Positions 50,446 to 64,000 of a DNA stretch of 64,000 nt are shown here, piece after piece. This DNA comes from Octopus vulgaris. Taxonomy: Eukaryota. The stretch covers positions 60,574,001-60,638,000 of the forward strand of contig OX597814.1 of assembly GCA_951406725.2 (NCBI GenBank), written 5' to 3'. The translations under genes and the position numbers were made by a program. The notes under the pieces were generated by a model. That model was not told where the DNA came from and made no database searches. It saw only the letters and a program-made list of their open reading frames with translations. Position 1 is the stretch's first letter, and every line of letters begins with the position of its first letter.

Positions 50446-51329
50446 AAACCTTTTGAACATCAACTGCCTGATGTTATGATAAAAGTTCTGTATTTAAAGT
50501 GATCAAAAATAAAACCTTCTATCAAAATTTCATTTTAGTTTATATTCTGAACATGAACTTAATAATGTTAAAGTTATTTTACTGAATTCTTTTTCCTTTT
50601 TAAGATTATCTGAAACAAAGACAGTGTATTTCCACAGAAACATGGTGACAAAAGGGTTAAACATTCTATCAATATTTTATATAAGAAGGAAGTGAGCTGA
50701 CAGAATCATTAGCACACCAGGCAAAATGCTTAATGGCATTTCATCCATTTTCCCATTCCGAGCTTAAATTCCACCAAGGTTAACTTTCCCTTACATCTTT
50801 TTGGGAGTTGATAAAATAAGTACCAGTTGAACAGTAGGCTCAATGTAATCAATTAGTCACCCTTGCCCCAAAATTTCAGGCCTTGAGCCTTTAGTAGTAA
50901 GGATTATTATTATTATTTTTATTATATTATCATTATTATTATTATTATCATCATTATTAAAGTGGCAAACTGGCTTAGCAGTTTTCATCCATCTTCATGT
51001 TCTGAGCTCAAATTCCACTGAGGACAACTTTGCCTCTCGTTCTTTTGGGATCAATAAAATAAGAACCAGTTGAACACTGGGGTCAGTGTAATCAACTTGC
51101 CCTACAACTCCCCCAAAATTTCTGACCAAAATTTGAAACCAATATTTTATATAAGATCTCTCTGTAATTTTGTGTCTCAAATTCCTCCTTAATGATGGAA
51201 AAGTTAGCTATTTCAGTTAAGCTCTCCACTTATTTATTTATTTCCAGAAATTAATTGAAGCACGGAGATGAAATTTTTTTTCAGAAAAAGTCACAAGAGG
51301 GTAAATGATTTAAATATTTGGTCACTTAA

Positions 51330-52455
51330 CCCTTTATTTCTATATATTACTATATTTCTGACCAAAATACACCCCTCATGAGTTTCAATTAAATTCTAAA
51401 ATAATCATGAATCTAGGCTTGTTTCATTAAATAACTGTAACATTTTTACTTATCAACATATTAATGTGATATTTGGAACATAATTAAAGAAAGGGTTCTT
51501 AATCAATTCTATTGCATAACTTTTGTCTCAAAGTGACTTTAATTACAGGTAAATCCAGGTAAATTGAGCAAAAGGTAAAAATATTAAAATTTTAAATTGA
51601 GGAAAAGGTAAAAATATTAAAATTTTGTTTAAACATCACCATAGAAAATGAATCATCAGCTAATATTAAAATGGGTATGCAACAAAATTTTGATAAAGAA
51701 GAATTGTGCACATCACTATATCATCAGTTGAATTTAATGCACAACAGGTGTACCATAAAGGTGGAATAAAGTGAAATACTGGAATCCACCGCAAGTTTGA
51801 CCGAACTAAAGAAATCGGTCAAAAAATACTATACAGCCCTGGTTATGGTATGGAAGTGATACATTCCAGACCACATCGTTCCCTAGGCCATGCTGACTAA
51901 CATTATTTTCCCTGTATAAAAACTAAATCCACGCAGTACCCAGTATTTGCTTCACAAATTTTCCAAAATTTGAACCCCCATTTTGTGTTTGTTTATATTT
52001 TGCTTAAGTTTGTTTCCGCATTGATCGTTTCAAACAATAACTTCCAGACCATATCGTTCCTTAGGCCATGCTGACTAACATTAGTTTCCCTGTATAAAAA
52101 CTAAATCCACAACAGTACCCAGTATTTGGTTCACAAATTTTCCAATTCGGAATCAATGCTTGATAACATGAAACTCCAATCCATTTTCAAAGTTGAAGAA
52201 AAATCGATGCCGAAAAAAATGTGGAAAAAAATCTCCCAAAATTCAGGGAATTAAAATTACACGTCGATCGTTGTACAAAACTGTAGATGAACTGTTTATG
52301 AAGTATAATCACGTGTTTTCACGAATGTACTAAAGAGATTTGCTCTGATATTCTCATTTAAATATGAATAGGTAAATTCGGGCAGCTTTGGGCGGTTTGG
52401 TCACATTAACCAAAATTTTTTTCGGGCGGCTTTGGGCAGTTTGGTAATGAAAGGG
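51330..52455. mobile_element. Non-autonomous TTAA-flanked (piggyBac-type) element with internal direct repeats
   Basis: TTAA|cccttt ... aaaggg|TTAA; ~100-bp direct repeat 51865-51966 / 52042-52145; subterminal repeats gggc(a/g)gctttgggc(a/g)gtttgg. Confidence 0.6.
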
Positions 52456-55400
52456 TTAATAATGGCTAATTTTTCAGTCTAATTCTCTCCCTTTTCTGCC
52501 ACTCTGCTGGCCTTAACCTTCAAAATAACATATTATTATTTTTTTTTTTCATATTGGAAACAAAATAACAATGTTGAATTAGTGCAGTGAAGGTAACTGA
52601 ACCAATCAGATGAAATGAACATCAGAGATGCTGTACTCCTTGCAGAGACTGGAGTAGCTAACTCAGTGGTATTGTAAGCTCTTCTTCTGAATCTATGGCA
52701 ACACTGGAAATATTTCCATATCATCAGTAGATAAGTCACAAGCATTTTACCCCTAAGTCTATACACTTCACCTGTATGGGACAACAAGGACTGAATTAGT
52801 CTTCACCAGCAGAGGGGTTCCACCTGCAGTCTCTTGTCAAACACAGCTGCTATGGCTTAGTTTCAGCTGCCCTGTCTAATTATTTGGTGACTAACTTCTG
52901 TTGTTTGGCTTCCAGACCAATCTTCTGCAAGAAATATGACAATAATCTAGCAGGAAAACCACAACTGCCAACATCAATAAGGAAAGTGGTGATGTGTCAT
53001 CCTTTGATAAAGGCCTTGTCAACCAAATCCTGATATTCGGTTTACTTAAGCTGGTGAGAAGTGTTGAGCCTGTCCTCTCAAGGCATTGCAAAGTTCAATA
53101 CATAACAGGTATTTGACAGTTTCTTTATTGAAAGTGGATGGAACACATGGAAGTGGGAGACCCAAGAAGACATGGGATGAATTACTGAAGAACAACCTCA
53201 GGAAGCTGAACTTTTCAGGCAAGACGACAAAGGACTGAGATACCTAGTGCCTAGTCGTACTCAAGAAGACCCTGCAGCGGAGGTGTTATGACTGATCTTT
53301 CTGGCAGTGTAAAGCATTCATGGTGATGCCACATAAAAGTGCTCATGTGGTGTCATGTAAAAGTACCCATGTGGTGTCACATAAAAGTGCCTGCACAGTA
53401 TCATGTAAAAGCGCCTGTGCAGTGCCACATAAAACTGCCCGTGCATCGCTAGTTAGCATTAGGAAGGGCATCCAAATCAGACTGGAGTCTGGTGCAGCCC
53501 CAAGTTTGCTGGCTCTAGTCACACCATCCAATCCATGCCAGCATGAACAACAGACATTAAATGATGAGATAATGATGAAGGAAATGCAAAAGTGAATCCA
53601 CAGCTGGATTTGAACTTGGAACATAAAGAGAAGAAAATGAACAGCCAGTTCGGTTAGATGTTCATTTGGTATGGCACTTTAACATTTCTGCTACCTTCTT
53701 TAGATTTGACAATAATAAACATAGTATCTGTTTAATTTATTCAGCTCTGCTAACTAACTGCACTGGAAATTAAGATCAGATTAATGAGGCAGTAGCTAAT
53801 TTAGTTACTCTCAGAAGGAAGTAAAGTGTTCTTTGTTAATTAGTACCGTATCAATCAAATATTCTCTTTAGAACACATTCGATAATTTGTTCTCATTTAC
53901 GTTTTTTAACAAAATAACAAAGAAAAGTAGCTAAGAGATCCTTAAATGAAAGATCGTAACAAACTGCAATAACTAGGATCAAATCACAAGTCAGTCTATT
54001 CAGAAACTAAATTCTCTGTTATGACTCAAATACAACAGAATTAGATAATATAAATGTGAAACCAGCACAAAAGGAAAGATTTTATTCAAACATGCACACA
54101 TGCACACAATTATGGAAGAAAGAGATAAAATGATTATTTGTTCATCTTAATCAAATATTCGCATTATTGGAGCAAAAAATTAAATATTTCTTTTACCTTA
54201 GAAAAATAAATTAAAATAATTTTATCCTTGAGTCATTGCATGTATATACAAATATGCATTTATTGCTATATATATATAAGTAATCACGTAAATATACACT
54301 AACATAGATTTATAGAGACACATACACAGGTTTGGTAAGGTGTAGTTGAAACACATATACACATGTATGTATTGATATATGCAGGTTTCTATATATATAT
54401 ATATGTAATGTATGCATATGAGTATACACACACACACACACACATATATGCATATGAGTATACACACACACACACACATACATATATACACACGCACGTG
54501 TGTGTGTATACACATATTTAAAATCACAAATTGCTTCAAGTCAGAATCATATACAGAAGCCAATAAACAAAAGCCAACAAAGAGAACATAAAGAAGAACC
54601 ATAGATGTGACATGAACTTTAGAGCATTTATACAATGTGATGTCCTACCATTCACACCACACACACACAAATACACACACACTATCAGCATCATACACCC
54701 TGGGGCAGGGTAGATCTTACTGAATTGCTTTGATAATGAACAGAATGGAAAACAAAAAAACGAGGATATTAATTTCCTGACAGAGTTTCTTGGAGAGAAA
54801 AGCAGAATCAACTGGCAATGAAATGCTTGAGGGTAAAAGCATGTTGATATGAGAAATTATACAAATGTTTGCTTATACATTCAAAGAAGATGATACTGTC
54901 AGATGAGGTGGTAGTCAATGACATATAGCACTGCACGCATCCACTCTTTTCTGTTATGGTAATATGATAATTGAGTTTAATAAAATGTAAAAAGGGAAAA
55001 AAGACAACAAAGGCAAACAATGTTGTTACAAAGGCAAAGAGAATCATAGTCTTAAAAGAAAACATACCAAGATTTTAATATGCTTCTGCCGATGACTGTA
55101 TTAATAAAAGTGGTATTGATGGTGGTGGTGGTGGTGGTAGCATTTTATTGTGGGAGTTTAAAGAAAGAAAGGAGCAAGACAAGTATGAAAACAATAACAG
55201 TGTGTCAGTTGAGATAAAGGCAGCAATTAATAAGATAACATATCGTGTTCTTAATTCCACACACAAAAAAAAACTAACATACCTTATTAGCATCATCATC
55301 ATCATCATCATTATTATTATTATTATTATTATGATTATGATTATTATTATTATTATAATCATCATCATCATCATCATCATCATTACTGGTTTCAAATTTT

Positions 55401-58400
55401 GACACAAGGCCAGCAATTTCAGGAAAGGGGTAAGTCGATTACATCAGCCCCAGTGTTTCACTGGTACTTAATTTATTGACCCCGAAAGGATGAAAGGCAG
55501 AGTTGAATTCCACTGAGGGCAACTTTGCGTTCCATCCTTTCAGGGGGGGGGGGGCATAAAAATAAGTGTCAGTGAAACACTGGAGTCAATGTAATCAACT
55601 AGCCCCTCTCCCAAAATTTCAGGCCTTGTACCTTTAGTAGAAAAGATTATTAGTAGTAGTAGTATTGTTGTTTTGATGTTGCTGTTAAGGTGGTGAGCTG
55701 GCAGAAATGCTAGCACACCAGACAAAATGCTTAACGGCATTTTGTCTATCTTTACATTCTGAGTTCAAATTATATTGAGGTCGACTTTGCCTTTCATTCT
55801 TTTGGGGGTCAATGAAATATGTACCAGTTAAAAACTGGGTTGATGAAATCAACCAATCCACCTTTCTCAAAATTTCTAGCCTTGGCCAAAATTTGAAACT
55901 AATATTATTACTGTTGAGGCATAGCTCAGCTATATGACCAACTGACCATTTCATGATTGAATTAATACCCTAGCTGTATTAACATTTCTTCTGCTGTGAC
56001 ATTATGCAAACCACAAGTATTTCATTAATGGTGGTGCAGGTTGGTAGGAAATTGGAATATGTAGCATTTCATTCGATATCCATCCTATTTAATAGTCATA
56101 ACATGAAGCATCTAACAAGAACATGTAGCACCTAATATAATGGATTTTATAGATAGAACATGTAGCATCTATTTTGATATTTATCCTCATTTTGTAGTCA
56201 GAACATGTAGTGCAATGTTTTCCAACATATTTTCCACCAGGCCCCCACTATAATTTTCAAGAAAAATGCCTGACCAGTGGTTGGGAAAAAATAACTTTAT
56301 TTTTAATATTTCATAATTATATCAAATTCTGCCAAGGTTGACTTTGCCTTTCATCCTTTTGGGGTCAATAAATTAAGTACCAGTTGAACACTGGTGCCAA
56401 AATTTGAAATCAATATTAATCATTTACTTTCCTATTCACATTAAGGCATTAAAATAGCACTATACACTAACAAACAGGTCTTCACAAAATATGCTTGGCT
56501 AGAGGAATTGGTTTGGCTTGGCTGAGTAAAGGCATAGTACATTTGCTGTGAAAAAATGGTTTTCACAATTCCAAGTCCCACTAAAAAAAACAAAACAGAA
56601 AATAATTTTGGATCCCACAACCCACTGCAGTCTTCCCTGGTCCCTCTGGTGAGGCATATGCCCCACCACATATGGAATCACTGATATAGCATTTAATTTG
56701 ATATCCATCCTTATTTCATTGTTAAAACATGTAACATCTAACATAATATTCATCCTGATTCTGTAGTCGGAACTGTATGACTTGTATTTGGTAACAATTT
56801 CTTCTCTTTAAATCATTTATAAGAGACAATATCATATCTAAAACACATTTTAAAATATGGTGGATCAAATGTAATATATAATTGTTTCAAATCCTGGCAC
56901 AAAGTCACCATTTGTAGAAAGGGGGAAAGTCAATTACATCAGTTTCAATACTTCAATAATACTTGGTTTTATTGATCCAGAAAGGTGAAAAATGATAAAG
57001 TTGACCAAGGAGGGATTTGAACAAAGAACACAAAGATCCAGAAAACTACTGCTAAGTATTTTAGTCCAACATGCTAACAATCGTATCAGCTCACCATGTA
57101 TAATGTATTAAATGTATAATATATACAAAATCATATGTGTATAATATGTATAAAATGAATAATATGAGAAGTGTCATATTTTCTTTAACTTTCCTTTCTT
57201 TCTTGTACAGTTTAGTTAAAGGAAGGACTGAGCTCATGATACTTTTGCAGGGATCTTAGACTGGTGTGGTGATAAAATGGACAAAGAAATCACAACTAGT
57301 GCTGTTGTAGTAGGAATAAGTAAATCAGTATATTGAGTTTCCCTCAGATTATCAAAGGAAGTTCTACTAAAGGTATTCAATAGCCAGATGGCAAAATTAA
57401 GATAAGTGATGGATTAACACTACCACACACTAGGGGCACTAATGCTATATGGGGTAGCATGCATGTGCAAGCTTATATTTGTGTGCATGTATGCACATAT
57501 CTATGTATGTTATATCAGGTAACTTTGTGTTACTGATAACAGGTAACCTATTACAACATGTTGCATGGTTAGGTCATTAATCACTAAACCAGCAACACTA
57601 CCACCCATGCTTAGTAAGGCATGTAGTTTTCATTGGACACTCTGCAGTACCTAAAACAAAACTTGTCAAATGACGAGATGAACTCAGTATAGTCAATGGT
57701 CATCCAATAGCCAAGAGTTAGAGACTCTCTGATCTTTGTTTAGACATCACTCTTGGAGAAGGAAAAGTCTGAGGTAACGCCTGCAACTTCATTTGCATCC
57801 AATGATGTAGACAAGTTCTTTATAGGCAAATGTTTACTTTGTTTAGAACAATGCTTCTCAACCAGGGTCTGTATGGCCCCCGAGCATCTGTATAAGACTT
57901 TTGGGGGTCTACGCAACAAAATAGTAAACTGGGGATCCACAATAGTATTTTAAGGGCCCCTGAAAAAAATTTGCTTTGTATATATGTATTGGTATGCATT
58001 ACAAGGAACAGCTAGGTTTCTTTCTCAAATGTCTTACACAATTCAACCTACACAAGTTTATATACGGAAAAAAAATAGGAATTTTGAAAGATATTTCAGA
58101 GCCATTAAACACTGAATGGCTATGGGGGTCCACCAGAACAAAATAGCAATCAAAGGGGCTCAGAGATAAAACAGAAAATGGTTGAGAACCCCTGGTTCAG
58201 CTCAGTGCATGGACTTTCTACACTTTAAAAACATACAGTTAAAGTCTTGCATGACATTGTGTCAGAACAACTCCTCTGGAATCTTTTGGTCCTTATCTAC
58301 GGCTTCACTGAACTTATATACATACCAAGACATTAACTCATTAAGTTACTGTAATCAAATATGAATCTAAAACTAATTCCAAATGCAATACATTCCTGAT

Positions 58401-59593
58401 GTAACTCAATACCAGCTCTTGATAATTTTAGGTTTCAGAAAAACCTCAACATAATCACACACAGAGGGATAGCAAGAAAGAAGGTGAGGGTTGGCAGTCA
58501 CTCCTGTGAGGCAGATGTGAGGGAATGCAAAATTTCTTGTAGCCTACCATGCCTGTTGACCAAGGTGGTGACACCAAAGATATTATAAAGAAACCCCAAG
58601 ATGTTATCGTCATAGACTACAGACAAAGAACTGTCTATTAATTAGCATATTAATTTCAAAAACTGACAACACAACTCTGAAAGACTTTGGGAAACCATCC
58701 AAATGTAAAGGTCTGGAGATAGAAACATGCACAAAAAATGGATTGAAAAAAAAAAGAAACAATTCTTATAAGAATAGATGCTTTGTGAAAGATAAGTAAA
58801 AAATGCTGAGGAATGCTTAATCAAAACATGAGGACTGAAACATACATCATTGTCATCGTTATTGCCATTGTCGTCATCATCACCATCATCATCATCATCA
58901 TCACAATCATCATCACAATCATCATCATCATCATCATCATGCTCATCATCATCACCCTCATCATCATCACAATTATCACCCTCATCACCATCATCACAAC
59001 CATCACCGTCATCATTTTTCTGCTTTTTAACCATGCTGGAATGGGTTGGATTAGACTTCAGGAGGCCTTATTCTAAAGTTGGATGTATGTCCTGTGACCA
59101 AAACTTAATTATTTTCAAGGAAGTTACTTTATTTCCCTTATTTTCACACACCAAAACCAATAAAACTGCAGGACATATCATTTACAGGTGACATAAACAT
59201 GGCATTACTGGTGCTCAACTTGTGCCAGTATGATGACACATGGTAAAAAAGCACCCATGCACACACAATATGCTTCAGTATAACAGCCATCTACCAGTTT
59301 CCCTCACAAAGCATCACTGAGTCTGGAGCTATAATAGAAGATTATTAGAAAGTATGATGACCCACCAAACCAAGTGAAATTGTAGTTGTGGCAGATACTG
59401 GTTTCACACAACTAGTAACTGTGCTGGTGGAATGTAAAAGCACCCATTACACTCTCAGAGTGGTTGGTGTTAGGAAGAGCATCCAGCCAAAGAATCCATG
59501 ACAAATCAGATTGGAGTTTGGTGCAGCCCCTCGGCTTATCAGCCCTGGTCAAACCATGCCGCCCATGCTGACATGGACAATGGACTCTTGATG

Positions 59594-59625
<32 letters not shown>

Positions 59626-60126
59626 GATCATCATCATCATCAGTGAAAATTCACATGAGGATGAAGTAAACTCAATAACCTGGGGTCGATTTGTTCAACT
59701 AAAGGCGGTGCTCCAGCATGGCCGCAGTCAAATGATTGAAACAAGTAAAAGAATAAAGAATATAACCACATATCCATATTTGTGCCTTTCAAACAACATA
59801 CAGACCATACAGCCATACTATCTCATCTCTCAGTGGCAAAGAGTTCAGCCTCGAACATTAGAGTCTTCTTTCTCATTGCAAAATGATTTATTCCACTTTA
59901 TAAACTTTTTCTAGTTGCGTTTTCTTTTTCTTTGCTGATGCAAACCATTACACTGTTATCCCAAATTCCACTTTCATACAGGAAACAGTACTAGTGTGCA
60001 TGTATTACAAAGAGTACTACTCCCAGCTCTCTATACAATTAAATAACACACAAAAACCAAATGAAACAAAACACAGTACATACCCAAGGCATACAGAATT
60101 GCACTCAACTATGCAGTGAAACCTTG

Positions 60127-60178
60127 CAATAATAATAATCATAATAATGATAATAATAATAATAACAACAACAATAAA

Positions 60179-60237
<59 letters not shown>

Positions 60238-60265
60238 TAATAATAATAATAATAATAACAACAAA

Positions 60266-60324
<59 letters not shown>

Positions 60325-60384
60325 TAATATGACCACAAAATAATAATAATAAATAATAATAATGATGACAACAACAATGATGAT

Positions 60385-60480
<96 letters not shown>

Positions 60481-60483
60481 TAT
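60127..60483. repeat. Long (TAA)n-dominated microsatellite
   Basis: Directly visible; shorter (TAA)n tracts at ~13296-13350 and ~15860-15963. Confidence 0.95.
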
Positions 60484-60990
60484 AATTTGTTGCTTGATAG
60501 TCAGGCAATCTTAAAGAGTTAAAGATAAATGTATAAAGTTCTTAGGTTAAGCAAGTTTGGCTAGCCTGGCCTATCGCCACCACAGACTACAGAAAGATGG
60601 GAAAATAAAAGAAACAAGAAGAATGAAGGGAAAAAAATGATGATGATGATAAAAATAATAATAATAATAATAATGAAGCAAATGTGAATTCTTTTGGCAA
60701 ATTATATTTCATAGTTCCTCTATTACATTGTTTACCAATACTGTACAAAGATAATCTTCCTTGGCACGCTTTCAAGAAACTGACTAGCCTTTTATAGAAT
60801 TCCAGCTAACGACATTGAGTTAGTACCGAAGTGAGTGTGCAGACCACAGACTGCAGAACAAGATGAATGTCAGGCTGGTATTTTCATGCAGTTTAGACTA
60901 TTGATACAAGCCAAGAATAGTAGCAGAGAATGAAATAACTATTGAACTGACAATGTAAACACATTAACTGCTTTTTGTTTTTACACTTTC

Positions 60991-61041
<51 letters not shown>

Positions 61042-61694
61042 TTCCCATGATTTGGAGATGAGCTCAACTATTAAAGAGTATTTCAAATAAACACATATCT
61101 GGATAATATTAAGACAATTAAACAATGATATTATAACATGATATTATTTAAGTGATTTATAAACATCCCATCACCCTGCCAATCAAAATAAAACAAAGAA
61201 ATCAAAAAGCATATTTTGTTAGTATAGCTTAAAAAAATAAACAACGTTTAAATGTTTGCCATCTGAAGACAGACTTTTGAGTAATGGCTCAATTGCAAAC
61301 AAAGACTACTTTTCATCTGATTTCTTTACATAATCCAAAATGATTTATGTTTGCTAGATCATCAGTTAACCTACAGAGATATTATTACTAATTGAAACCA
61401 GAAAACAAGATTCAATCACTGCACTGACAAGTATAGTTATCATACATAACACATTTAACCTTACACTATGCTGCCACTAACACCAAACCTATACATCACT
61501 GCTGCTGCACACCACATTACTGGAAACTATAAAAACTACTACATCTGTACTACTACTACTTGTACTATTACAAATTATCACATCTACCCAAAGATGATCC
61601 TACCACCTAGTCAACATCATCATCGTCATTGTTGTTGTCATCATCAACATCATTATATAATGCCAATTTTTCATGCTGACATGGATTTGGTTTT

Positions 61695-61987
61695 TGCGTG
61701 TTCCTTCTTGTGCTATGCCTGGCTCATAATGGCCGGTTTCTCGGTTTCCTTGGCGTATAGGTTCCCCACCTGGACAGGATGCTGGCCTGTCGCAGGTAAG
61801 CTGCAAGATGCAGGAGGAAAGAGTGAGAGAAATTCGTGGTGAAAGAGTCAGCAGAAGTTCGCCATTACCTTCTGCCAGAGCTTAGGTGTTTTGCTCATAA
61901 ACATACACATCGCCCGGTCTGAGATTCAAACCCACGATCCCTCAACCACGAGTCCACTGCTCTAACCACTAGGCCATGTGCCTCCAC
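61695..61987 (-). mobile_element. tRNA-derived SINE family C; a related copy is nested in a family A SINE at ~4112-4360 (+)
   Basis: Minus strand begins gtggaggcacaTGGCCTAGTGGttagagc (A box) ..GGTTTGAATCT (B box). The 3' motif gccagcatcctgtccaggtgggg is shared with the 4112 copy. Confidence 0.7.
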
Positions 61988-64000
61988 TGGATTGGGTGGT
62001 TTGACAGGATCGAGTGAGCCACATGGTGACATGGAGCTCAAATGTCAACTTTGGCAAGGTTTCTAGGCTGGATACCTTTCCTAATGCCAACCAATTTACA
62101 TTGTGTACAATGTGCTTCTTTTTCTGTATCAACAGCACTTGTGAGGTCATCAGGTGACTCACAAAATCTACACAACACTGCCACTACGAACCACACAACT
62201 GGAAGCTACAAAAATTACTACAACATCTCTACTGTTACCCATACTATTATAAATTATTAAATCTACATAAAACTGATATGGCCACCTATACTAATGAAAT
62301 CTACATGTACAAAACAAAACCTGCCAAGCCTACACAATACCTCTACAACCACCCATACTGCAAAAATTATCATAGCTTAACAAAACTCCCACTATTGTTT
62401 ATACTACCAAATCTAGGTAACACTTCAACTACCTCGCATACTATCAAACCTAAGCAATGTGTCTGCTACCACCTAGACTACCAAAAACTACAGTCTCCAC
62501 CTGAAGTATCACTGTACATCTGAGATTGGTGTTTACCCTCATCTCTTGCATACACAGATACAAATAGCAGTTATACAACATGCACACATACAAACATACA
62601 CATATGTATGTTGGTTGAGCTAGACAATTTGTAGGCAGAGTTATAGAAGTGCTGATCGCTTAAAGTGGAGGGAAGTTGTGAAAGAGGGAGACCCAAGGAT
62701 GAAGTTTTGAAGGCTGATCTCAAAACGCTGAACCTTACGAAGGCGATGACAGAGGACCAAGATATGTGGGGCATTGCTGTACTTGAGAAGACCTGTCCAC
62801 CGCAACAGAATTGAGATCCTAAAACCAAAGTGCTATGTAAAACGCACTGGTGCTGATGCCACTTAAAAAGCACCCAGTACACTTTGTGAAGTCATTGACA
62901 TTAGAAAGGGCATCTAGACATAGAAACCAGGCCAAAAAAGACTATGAAACCTGATGCACCCAAGGACTTATCAGTTCCTGTCAAGCCATCCAACCCATGT
63001 CAGCATGGAAAACAGATGTTAAACAATGATGATGATGATGATACTTTTGTGAACTCCATATGGATTGAGGCCAGTGTTCTGAGTATAGTGATGCCATTAG
63101 TTACCAGCATTTGTCTACAATACAGCATGTGATCCAGTCCTTGTTGTAAGATGGTGGGTTGTGTAGTATGCTACAATTACCCTGAGAGCTATACCAGCAG
63201 AGCACAAGCTCCTGATAGGGCCTCTATGCTTGACAGGTCAAAGGGTGGATGCCAGACGAATATATGAACTACCTCTTCCCCAAAGGGAAAATGGGTTTGT
63301 AAGGGATAAAATCCTTACTTATAAAAAAAAGTAAAGCTACAGATGTATTAATGATAATTCAAAACCAATAAGACCTGGAAGAAGAAGGCTTTCCCTCAAG
63401 GAAATATGGCATTATGCAGCAAAATCTCTAGGGAAGCTGCAAGGTAAGGCAGGGCCCCAACTGGAGAGAAGCAGATAAGATGAACTGCAGTCAAGAACAC
63501 TGGAGAAAGGCTATCAATGTCCTATGCCCCATAGGGAGCAAAGGGCTTAAGTAAATACCTATCTGCACTGTGTTGTGTTTTGTCTGTTATCATCATCATC
63601 GTTTAAAATCCATTTTTCATGCTGGCATGGATTGGATAGTTTGACAGGATCTGACCAACCAGAGAGCTGTCCAGGCTCCAATTGTCTGTTTTGGCATTGT
63701 TTCAATGGCTGGATGCCCTTCATAATGCCAACCAGTTTACATAGTGTGTTGGGGGCTTTTACAAAGCACCAGCACAAGTGCATTTTATGTGTGGCATGGG
63801 AAATTATAGAGAATGATATTTCAAGATATGGTCATTAGTATGAGTTTTACCAGGATTCGGATGGGACCAATGTTGTATGGTGCAAATGTAGCAAAAGACA
63901 GAGTGATTGTGAATCACATTCATCATCATCGTTTAACGTCCACTTTCCATGCTAGCATGGGTTGGACGATCTGACTGAGAACTGGTGGACCAGATGGCTG

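Noticed and set aside
56470-56580. Possible upstream exon (strong acceptor; VGLGIVKTIFSQQMYY...)
   Set aside because: No donor gives the phase-1 end needed to join exon A, and there is no recognisable motif. It cannot be supported without RNA-seq.
57740-57953. Short ORFs on both strands
   Set aside because: They run into a hAT-like MITE and have no compatible splice sites or homology signal.
61900-61987. tRNA gene
   Set aside because: A and B boxes are present but there is no complete cloverleaf, and the sequence continues into a SINE body.

Overview
AT-rich, microsatellite- and transposon-dense animal genomic DNA. The SINE/LINE families look like those of Octopus (inferred from repeat recognition, not verified). 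The ORF track is mostly noise. Read by hand on the minus strand, the window holds eight phase-compatible GT-AG coding exons (46988 down to 2157) of one large gene whose start and end lie outside the window or were not found. The spliced peptide has an SHP-box and a VIM motif (both p97/VCP-binding), a His/Gln tract, a BC-box/Cul2-box-like segment and tandem leucine-rich repeats. The introns carry three tRNA-derived SINE families, RTE, R4/Dong-like and CR1 LINE remnants, a DD37D (maT) Tc1/mariner pseudogene, an internally deleted piggyBac and several MITEs. The most striking feature is a young 3.4-kb array of ~558-bp non-coding units at 39038-42466, inserted in a (TA)n tract, with one inverted leading copy. 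Every unit carries a minimal type-I hammerhead ribozyme motif, so it looks like a Penelope-pLTR/retrozyme-like mobile RNA element. Unrelated hammerhead-like motifs and long fold-backs next to exons occur elsewhere in the window.
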